From NCBI GenBank assembly GCA_963664325.2, contig CAXXDQ010000004.1:160001-224000 (forward strand): 64,000 bases of DNA. Direction: 5' to 3'. Below are positions 57,222 to 64,000 of the stretch, piece by piece. How positions within the stretch are numbered: position 1 is the stretch's first letter; every line of letters starts with the position of its first letter. Origin of the DNA: Desulfomonilia bacterium (GTDB lineage: Bacteria; Desulfobacterota; Desulfomonilia; UBA1062). The notes below the pieces were generated by a model. It was not told where the DNA came from. It saw nothing but the letters and a program-made list of their open reading frames with translations, and ran no database searches. The position numbers and the translations under genes were made by a program.

Positions 57222-58561
57222 AGGCCTAACCCCCAAAGGCCGATTCTTTCACATGTTCCTAAAGTACTAGCTGATGAACCATTGATTTTCCAGAAGTTAT
57301 AATAAGACTTTTCCGTACTCGAATCATCCCAAGAAATTAAATCTTGGAGTGCATCATGAATATCTGCCCAAAGATCAATTATGTTTTCAGGTTCATTGCC
57401 ATTATGCCACAAACAACGATCTTCACCGATTCGTGTCCACCAAAAACATAGACTATTAATATCTTCTTGATTTAAGGAACATAAAAAATTGCTACATGAA
57501 CCAGTTGATATCCTAAGCAAAAGAGAAGCTCTAGCAATAACTTGTCTATGGTGATTGGGATCTGTATGGCCAACTTGCCCCCTTGCATCTGAAAGAATCA
57601 AGGTAGAATCTGAATTATTAAGAAAATTACTCCATTCTTGAGAAGTTAAATCACTTGGAGAAATAAAATGAAGCATATTATCAATTTGTTGCCTGAATAT
57701 ATTCTTTGCTTGTGTATGAGTTCTTTTTTGTGGATGGTTGAATTTAAAAAATGTTTGAAGGCTATCTTTAAGTAAAAATCTATCAAGTTTAGCAAAACGC
57801 AATGTTTCAGATGGCTCAAACAAAACCCAAAAATCACTTAATTGATCTACTATGTTATCTATATTCAATGCTCTTGGTGCAGTAAAAGCTGTTGGTCTAT
57901 AGCTTGCAAAATTTCTAGAATCCCTATCTTCGCAAAGTCTTTTAATATCTATACCCCATTGTTTGAGCCAGTTAGAGGCGATAATTGATCTACTTCCTGA
58001 ACCTATATGAAAGTTGTTCATCCATTCTTTTAGAGGAAGTCCTCCAGGTTTAATTACTGAAAATATTAAATCAGTAGCAGCATTTGTAGATATCCAGAAT
58101 TCCAAAGCCTCCCATGTGAATTTATGAGTACTTTTATCACCTGGAATGCCTTTGCATGTTCTATGATTATCGACAATAAAATGATTATTATCAAAAACTC
58201 CTATTCCTTCTGATGCAAGTAAAGCCATTGCTGCTCTTAGTTCAGAATAATATCCTAGATGTCTTGACACATCACTATCTCCTTTAAGATGTGCTTCAAT
58301 AGCTCTTCCAAGAAAACTCCAACCATCCATACAATGTGTTAGAGATGAGGCAGCAATATACTGTCTTAAATGAGAATAAACAGGTAATCTTCTATTTGTT
58401 TTATCCTTCTTGATTTTTTTAATCGGATCAGATGCATATTTGTTATTACTTTTTAACCATTGATTACTAACCCAATTCTGGGCAAGATAAGTAAATTCAA
58501 TTTCAATGGGATGCCTTGAAGCATTATTTAATATGGATGTTTGTTGGGGACTTAAAGGCAT
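57218..58561 (-). CDS. Hypothetical protein with HEPN-like motifs
   Basis: HLGYYSELRAAMALL resembles the HEPN N-terminal YY..F.AA.ALL helix, and RNFASY resembles the R(N)xxxH/Y motif. Confidence 0.55.
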   Translation of the reverse strand: MPLSPQQTSILNNASRHPIEIEFTYLAQNWVSNQWLKSNNKYASDPIKKIKKDKTNRRLPVYSHLRQYIAASSLTHCMDGWSFLGRAIEAHLKGDSDVSRHLGYYSELRAAMALLASEGIGVFDNNHFIVDNHRTCKGIPGDKSTHKFTWEALEFWISTNAATDLIFSVIKPGGLPLKEWMNNFHIGSGSRSIIASNWLKQWGIDIKRLCEDRDSRNFASYRPTAFTAPRALNIDNIVDQLSDFWVLFEPSETLRFAKLDRFLLKDSLQTFFKFNHPQKRTHTQAKNIFRQQIDNMLHFISPSDLTSQEWSNFLNNSDSTLILSDARGQVGHTDPNHHRQVIARASLLLRISTGSCSNFLCSLNQEDINSLCFWWTRIGEDRCLWHNGNEPENIIDLWADIHDALQDLISWDDSSTEKSYYNFWKINGSSASTLGTCERIGLWGLGL

Positions 58562-58563
58562 AT

Positions 58564-60075
58564 TCAATCCCATTCCATTGTTTTCAATATAGTTTTACTA
58601 ACCAATGCAACATCCGAGATACCTTCTTTAGCAAGATGTCTTAGAAGATGTCTTCGTAATTCTTTGTAACCCCCACTACCTCTAAAAGCTGCCTTTAAAA
58701 GACTCTCATGTTCTGAAAGACCTTCAGTTCCAGAAGCACGCCAGTCATATGAAGAAATAGAATCCGCAATTTCTTTGATAAATTGAATAATATCTTTTTC
58801 CTTTTTTAGTGAATCTATCGCAGATGTAATACGCTCTGTTTCATCTAACTCTGAGTTTTTATTACTACCCCATGACGAGAGTTTGAGAGATTCTGCTTTG
58901 ATGAAAAACAAGTCATTTGTGACATGAAGAATGGCTCTGATACCTTGATCTTGATTAAGTAATGAGTTGCGCCCATAAAAAGCCTCTCCTTCATTTTGAT
59001 CTTGGAAGGTTTTTATCCATGGATAATTTGATTTTTTTATTGAATTTCTAATATGTTGACCAATAACAATTAAAAATGCAGTTTGTTCTTCTCTACTCCA
59101 TGGCAGTACTTCTTTATGACTTCCAACAGGTGCTCCGAATAATCCACCTATTTTACTTCTACCTTCCCAATTTTTAATGTAAGTCGAAAGTAATGATTTT
59201 ATCCAAGCTGATTGTGTAACCATTAAACCCTTGTTACCGGGTTCCCCAAGCATATTAATTCGATGGTGCCATGGACTATCAGGATGTGACCAAAGCATAT
59301 CTACAATTTCCTGGGCGCGTGCCTCACGATAAATAATAGGTCCTTCAAATTTATTAAGCCAGTCTTCAGCTCTTAATAATGGATAAAGATCAAATGCCAG
59401 ACTCGCATTAATTTTCTTTGGCTTGATATTAATTGTATAAAAAAGATAAGCTTGCCAGCTTAGATCAAGGCCTACAAATGCTACTACTGGAAGTTCAAAG
59501 TCACCTTTAAAATCTGAATCTTCAAACGCCCACAGCCTGTGTTGGCCATCAATAATCTCAATTGGAGGAATAGTTTTATGTTTCCAGTTATTATCATTAT
59601 ATATTTCGGGTAGCTCAAGTTTTGAAATACTATCATCAATATCGATAATTCTTACTACATCTGATGAATCAATTTTTTTCCCTCGTCTGGAATCATTTTC
59701 TTTTAATATATTTATTACAATTGCGGTTGGTAACCATCCAGGTTTTCTTAAATCTTTAAACTCCTCTGATTCTCTTTTTGCTTTAGTCAAATCAGACCAT
59801 GGATAGCCATACTGAACAAATCTGGATATTTCTTTTGATCGTTCTTCTTCGTGCCTTCGTTGTATTCCCATGTCATCCCTACCACGTTGACGGTCGGAGG
59901 TTGTTCTTGAATAAACACCGCTTAAAGATTTAAGTGTTGAAGCTGAAATACTGAATTGATAAAACCAATGCTGCGGTTCTGATCTTTTCTCATATGGGTT
60001 CCATTCAACTTCTTCCCAAGCTTTAAGCCATTGCTTAACTTTTAAGGCTGGGATGCTTTTCACAATACTGTTCAT
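58564..60075 (-). CDS. DGQHR-domain (DndB/ParB-like) protein
   Basis: GIQR....R..EI..F, LPTAIVIN, IIDGQHRL and F.TIN.K.K.I..SL..DL; RBS GGAGAAGG before ATG 60075. Confidence 0.88.
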   Translation of the reverse strand: MNSIVKSIPALKVKQWLKAWEEVEWNPYEKRSEPQHWFYQFSISASTLKSLSGVYSRTTSDRQRGRDDMGIQRRHEEERSKEISRFVQYGYPWSDLTKAKRESEEFKDLRKPGWLPTAIVINILKENDSRRGKKIDSSDVVRIIDIDDSISKLELPEIYNDNNWKHKTIPPIEIIDGQHRLWAFEDSDFKGDFELPVVAFVGLDLSWQAYLFYTINIKPKKINASLAFDLYPLLRAEDWLNKFEGPIIYREARAQEIVDMLWSHPDSPWHHRINMLGEPGNKGLMVTQSAWIKSLLSTYIKNWEGRSKIGGLFGAPVGSHKEVLPWSREEQTAFLIVIGQHIRNSIKKSNYPWIKTFQDQNEGEAFYGRNSLLNQDQGIRAILHVTNDLFFIKAESLKLSSWGSNKNSELDETERITSAIDSLKKEKDIIQFIKEIADSISSYDWRASGTEGLSEHESLLKAAFRGSGGYKELRRHLLRHLAKEGISDVALVSKTILKTMEWD

Positions 60076-60257
60076 ATATACCTTCTCCATAAATTCATAA
60101 AAAAGTTATGACATATATTTAATTTGTTAATTTATATACTTCATTCGGTATAATTCCAAAATTTATTTATAAATATAACATAAAAAATACATCTAAAATT
60201 CCATTAGATTCAAATTGTGATTCAAACCCTTTAGTATACTAATAAGCATACCCAACA

Positions 60258-60381
60258 TACAGGGCGTTAGAACAAAGCAGGTCAAGGAGTGACGAAGGCT
60301 AGAAGCGAGACATACTTTTAGCGTATGTCGCAGCGATGAGCCGAGGAATGACGCAGAGATGCAAAGTTATAACGCGCTGTA
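60258..60381. mobile_element. MITE/REP-like element with terminal inverted repeats and a possible TA target duplication
   Basis: TA-CAGGGCGTTAGAAC...GTTATAACGCGCTG-TA; the 17-nt arms (60257-60273 and 60366-60382) match at 15/17. Internal hairpin GACATAC-N7-GTATGTC at 60309-60329. Confidence 0.55.
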
Positions 60382-62847
60382 TTGTCTATGAGCAGGTACT
60401 CCCACCTTCGCCGACCCCGACAGCAGTATATACGGATAGCTGAACACCATCGCATCATTTCTCATTTCTTCCGGCGGTGCTTCGCCATCAAACGGTGCGA
60501 TCATGAGCGAGAACTTCTGAATACGGCCGTTATAGGAAGGCGCATAGGGCTTGATGTGGTCCGCTGCCGAGGCATAGACAACGGCCAGTTTGCCCAGGCC
60601 GGTCTTCGCTGTCGGGTAGCTCCACTGCCTGCCCCAGTAGCTGCCGAAAGGGTTTAAAAAAATCCTGGTCCGGCCCTGCTCCAGTCTTGTGCGCATCGGG
60701 CAGAAGGCGAACGAACTCGATACGTCGGCGCTTTGCGCAAGAAGGACCCCGCCGGTTCTGTCCGAGACCGCAATCCAGGCGTTTGTTATATGGTTGTTGA
60801 ACGAGTCGATTTCGGGGTTATTCGAACATTCGCCATAGTTCAGTTCATATGAGCTCACATGCCCGAAATAGTTGTGCTTTATTACCCTGAGAGGTGCGCC
60901 TCCCCGGCCGTAAAGCGCGGGCGTTATCTCGCAGGGCATGACCTCAAGCCACCTGGCGTCCCAGGCCTGCTGAAGCCTTTGGGCCTTGCCCTTGTCATAG
61001 CCTTTATCCGGCGTCTTCGGATACCTTACTGTCATGTTCAGGTAGATGTACGGCAGGTTTGAAGCAAGGATTATCTCGCGCTCGAATTCTACAATCTTGA
61101 GCCCGTCCGCATCGAAGGCCAGGCTCCCGGCCATTTTTTTTACGCCTATCACGCCGGGTGAGAACGAGGATGAAACGCTCCACGAGTTCACTTCCAGGCG
61201 CTTTCCGTCATATGTGACGCCGCTGTTCATAAAGAGGCCCGGCGATATTTCCTTATTCCTTGCCTTGATGCTCTTTACATTCCCCATGGCATCAAAGCCT
61301 ATTTTTATAAGGCCGTTATCCATCCCGTCTTCAGTTACCGTTACCGGATTTTCAGGCGGCACTGCGGATCTGCCCTCTGAAATCGTATATGATTTTTTCC
61401 CGAGCTTCTCCATGTTCTCGACGAAATACAGGTGCCCGTCATGCACCGCCGCCTGTATTTCAGCGCCGCCGCAGGCAAGGCTGCCGGTCTCAAGGCTTAC
61501 CGGGACTTTGACAAGCGCTTTCGAGGGCCTTGCTTCATAGACAGTAGACCCGCGTGATATGCCCCTTAAATAATCCGAGATCATGAACGTGTCATCTTCC
61601 GGTTTCGCAACTGTTAGTAAGGCTTCATTGAAGGCGTCAGCAGCGGAGTTGACCGCTGTCCACACAAGGCTCGATGCGGTCCTCAGCCGGGTAAGGTTCA
61701 TGACAGGCGCGGCCATTCCGAAATGGGTCGTTGAAAGGGCCTTGATGCGTGCGTCGAACGCTTCGGCCAGGTATTTACCGATTTTGCCGGACATGCTCTC
61801 AAGCCCGGCCATGCCTGCAAGGTGTCTGGCCTGAAGCTCCAGAATCCTCGAGCGTTCTATGCCGGTCCAGAGCGCGTGGTTGTCCCATTTCTCCGCCCAG
61901 CTTGAAAGCCCGTCAAAGCTTCCGTCGGCAGTATCCTGGCCAAAGGTTATGCTGCCTTCCGCCTCATGCGTTTCAAGGTAGCGCCCGGGCGTCGTGAACT
62001 CGACATAATCGAGAGGGCTTATGCTTTTTACCAGGCCCCTCAACCCCTGCGCAGTCGCCAGCAGGTTCTTCAACACAGGCACATCGAAGCCGGACCAGAA
62101 TTCGTCATCCGCATCCATGTCGATTATAAGAAGAAGGTCTTTCGGCTCTTTCAGGGCGAGCTGTTTTTTCCTGAGCGATTTGACCCAGTTTTTCAAGCCC
62201 AGGTTATCGATCAGGTCTCCGGCGTTGTAACAGGGCAGAAGAGTCATCCCGCCCTCGATCCCGGGATATGTGAGCTTAAGGGGATTGTACCTTTCGACAA
62301 GAGAGAGCAGGGGTATGAAAGTGCTGAAGCAGTTGAACGGTATCGAGGAATAGAAGAGGCTGATTGTGTTGATCCCGTACTTCGGGTAAAGCCTTATGTG
62401 CGAAGGCGTGAACATCATCTCCTGGGGCCTGACGATGGGTTTGACACTTTCGCCGAACAGGTCTCTCAGGCCGGAACCTTCCGGGTTCGTTATCGCCCGG
62501 CCGATTGCAGCGTCGAACTCGGCGGCAGTGCTGGCCGAAACGAGACCGTTGTTGTAGGACATGTATTCTATCTCGTCCATTCCTGACGCGACCCTGCGCT
62601 TGAACCCTTCGATAATGTCCGGACAGTGGGCGGGCATGATCTTTTCAAGCGAGAAGTAGTTTTCGAAATCCCATGTCCCGCGCACCGCGATGCCTTCAGC
62701 GTTCAGATCGTCGAGGGTTTTTATGGTCTTCCTGATGATGCGGATGTCCTTGCCGAACCCGAGTTCGTCCGGCGTGTCGCCCCTGTAAGAATGGTAGAAA
62801 TTCCCGTGGAACCTGAACGAAACGAATATTTTTGCAGGCATTCTCAC
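60367..62847 (-). CDS. Large hypothetical protein with a probable GH38/GH57-like (NodB-type barrel) N-terminal domain
   Basis: N-terminal FRFHGNFYHS, VRPQEM, IDMDADDEFW, SSW and C-terminal beta-sandwich segments; the fold assignment is tentative. Confidence 0.55.
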   Translation of the reverse strand: MRMPAKIFVSFRFHGNFYHSYRGDTPDELGFGKDIRIIRKTIKTLDDLNAEGIAVRGTWDFENYFSLEKIMPAHCPDIIEGFKRRVASGMDEIEYMSYNNGLVSASTAAEFDAAIGRAITNPEGSGLRDLFGESVKPIVRPQEMMFTPSHIRLYPKYGINTISLFYSSIPFNCFSTFIPLLSLVERYNPLKLTYPGIEGGMTLLPCYNAGDLIDNLGLKNWVKSLRKKQLALKEPKDLLLIIDMDADDEFWSGFDVPVLKNLLATAQGLRGLVKSISPLDYVEFTTPGRYLETHEAEGSITFGQDTADGSFDGLSSWAEKWDNHALWTGIERSRILELQARHLAGMAGLESMSGKIGKYLAEAFDARIKALSTTHFGMAAPVMNLTRLRTASSLVWTAVNSAADAFNEALLTVAKPEDDTFMISDYLRGISRGSTVYEARPSKALVKVPVSLETGSLACGGAEIQAAVHDGHLYFVENMEKLGKKSYTISEGRSAVPPENPVTVTEDGMDNGLIKIGFDAMGNVKSIKARNKEISPGLFMNSGVTYDGKRLEVNSWSVSSSFSPGVIGVKKMAGSLAFDADGLKIVEFEREIILASNLPYIYLNMTVRYPKTPDKGYDKGKAQRLQQAWDARWLEVMPCEITPALYGRGGAPLRVIKHNYFGHVSSYELNYGECSNNPEIDSFNNHITNAWIAVSDRTGGVLLAQSADVSSSFAFCPMRTRLEQGRTRIFLNPFGSYWGRQWSYPTAKTGLGKLAVVYASAADHIKPYAPSYNGRIQKFSLMIAPFDGEAPPEEMRNDAMVFSYPYILLSGSAKVGVPAHRQYSAL

Positions 62848-62848
62848 C

Positions 62849-64000
62849 TCAGAAAACGATTGCGGTCTTCATGGCGCGGTTCTTCCCCTTAAAGAGATTG
62901 ACCTCTATCATGTCGCGGTATCTCTCTATCGGAAACTTGTGCGTCAGCATATCCTCCACGAAAACCCTGCCCTCTCTGATCAGATCAAGCGCATACTCGA
63001 ACACATGCTTCGGACCGGTTTCGGTCATGGCAGTGCCGTATGCATAGACGCCTTTTATGGTCTGGAGCTTGAGCCATAAGGGCGTCGGGTCGAATGTGAC
63101 CTTGTTTCCTATGCCCACGAGGCTTACTGTCCCGCCCGCGGCAGTTGCTATGAGCGACGCCTGAAGGGTGGGCGAATGGCCCACGGTATCGTACACGCGC
63201 TCGAACCCGCCCTGTAGGATGCGCTGGCCTATCAGAGGCTTGTATGACCTTGCACCGGTAACTTTTTCCGCGGTCTCCAGTATGCCTTCTGCGGTCACAT
63301 GATCCGCGCCGGATTTTTTCACATATTCCGCCGCAAAGGGCGATGGCTCGATTACGGTGATATTGCAGGCGATGCCCAGGCCGCGAATGGCCTTGACTAT
63401 CATCGCGCCTATTACGCCGCCACCTATGACTAGCACTTTTTCTCCGTCAGCAGGCCTGTTGTCCAGAACTGCCTGGAGCGCAACTGCCAGGGGCTCGGTG
63501 AGCGTCGCTGATTCCGCGCTTACGCCTTCGGGCACGCGGTGGATCTGGCTTTTGTGCGCAACCATGTACCCGGCGAAACCGCCCCCTCTTTCCCTGCACA
63601 TGCCCATGAACATACCGGGCGGCAGGCTTCCTTCCGCCAGGTTCTCGCAGTTTCCGGGCCGTCCGGCGCGGCACGCGCTACATTCGGGTGTGATGCCCCG
63701 TATTCTGCAGCCGAGCATGGGCTCGACCGTCACCAGATCTCCTGTTTTGCAGACATCGACATCGCCGCCCGCTTCAATGACCTCTCCGCAAAGCTCGTGG
63801 CCTATAACCGCCGGGAACGAGGTAAAGGGCGATGCCATGAGCGAGTCCCTCAGGAACATGAGGTTGAGGTCGCTCCCGCAGAAACCGCACAGCTTTACCT
63901 TTATCTTTACCCATTCGGGAGACGGGATCATAGGTTCAGGCACGTCGTCAAGCGAAAGAAGGGACAGCGGACTTTTATAATATAGATCATGCTTCAGGCC
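62849..64000 (-). CDS. Zinc-dependent medium-chain alcohol/polyol dehydrogenase; 5' end lies outside the window
   Basis: CGFCGSD, GHE, structural-Zn Cys cluster, EPLAVA and GGGVIG. The frame is open up to base 64000 (GLKHDLYYKSPLSLLSLDDVPEP). Confidence 0.88.
   Translation of the reverse strand, partial: GLKHDLYYKSPLSLLSLDDVPEPMIPSPEWVKIKVKLCGFCGSDLNLMFLRDSLMASPFTSFPAVIGHELCGEVIEAGGDVDVCKTGDLVTVEPMLGCRIRGITPECSACRAGRPGNCENLAEGSLPPGMFMGMCRERGGGFAGYMVAHKSQIHRVPEGVSAESATLTEPLAVALQAVLDNRPADGEKVLVIGGGVIGAMIVKAIRGLGIACNITVIEPSPFAAEYVKKSGADHVTAEGILETAEKVTGARSYKPLIGQRILQGGFERVYDTVGHSPTLQASLIATAAGGTVSLVGIGNKVTFDPTPLWLKLQTIKGVYAYGTAMTETGPKHVFEYALDLIREGRVFVEDMLTHKFPIERYRDMIEVNLFKGKNRAMKTAIVF

Larger units (their letters stand above)
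56040..60240 (-). other. AT-rich, probably horizontally acquired island (three-gene putative defence cassette)
   Basis: Abrupt, visible drop in GC relative to both flanks, and three co-oriented, tightly packed genes. No integrase seen. Confidence 0.75.

Noticed and set aside
56055-60090. Phosphorothioation (dnd) or 7-deazaguanine (dpd) system
   Set aside because: Only the DGQHR domain is shared; no DndC/D/E, cysteine desulfurase or DpdA-like transglycosylase is present in the window.
60257-60382. Possible integron attC site (AAC...GTT-like ends, long palindrome next to foreign genes)
   Set aside because: The ends do not fit RYYYAAC/GTTRRRY on either strand, and there is no second site or integrase; a MITE/REP element fits better.

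Overview
64-kb chromosomal window from an anaerobic bacterium whose gene set looks deltaproteobacterial (Desulfobacterota-like; inferred from the proteins, not proven). Most of it is housekeeping, signalling and metabolic genes: a multi-PAS sensor, mog, an EF-G paralogue, PPi-type pfk, ddl, engB, cca, hisD, murA, phoB/phoR-like two-component genes, an hgcC-arsM-flavin reductase operon, and several glycosidases and sugar-catabolic enzymes. I recognised no rRNA, tRNA, CRISPR array, integrase or transposase. Two loci stand out. (1) A tightly coupled three-gene operon at 50584-54988 encodes a glutamate-cysteine-ligase-fold protein, a Psd-family decarboxylase and a divergent Lgt-family diacylglyceryl transferase. 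It is divergent from alkaline phosphatase and preceded by 11-bp-spaced Pho-box-like repeats, which also occur in front of the porin next to phoBR. It is a candidate phosphate-starvation pathway for a phosphorus-free membrane lipid. (2) An AT-rich three-gene island at 56055-60075 encodes a DGQHR/DndB-like protein, a HEPN-like protein and an adenine methyltransferase, and looks like an uncharacterised defence module. Smaller items are a TA-flanked MITE-like element, a structured-RNA candidate near 10.6-10.9 kb, a deleted PHP-hydrolase pseudogene and a sigma54 promoter. All product calls come from motif recognition by eye; no database searches were run.
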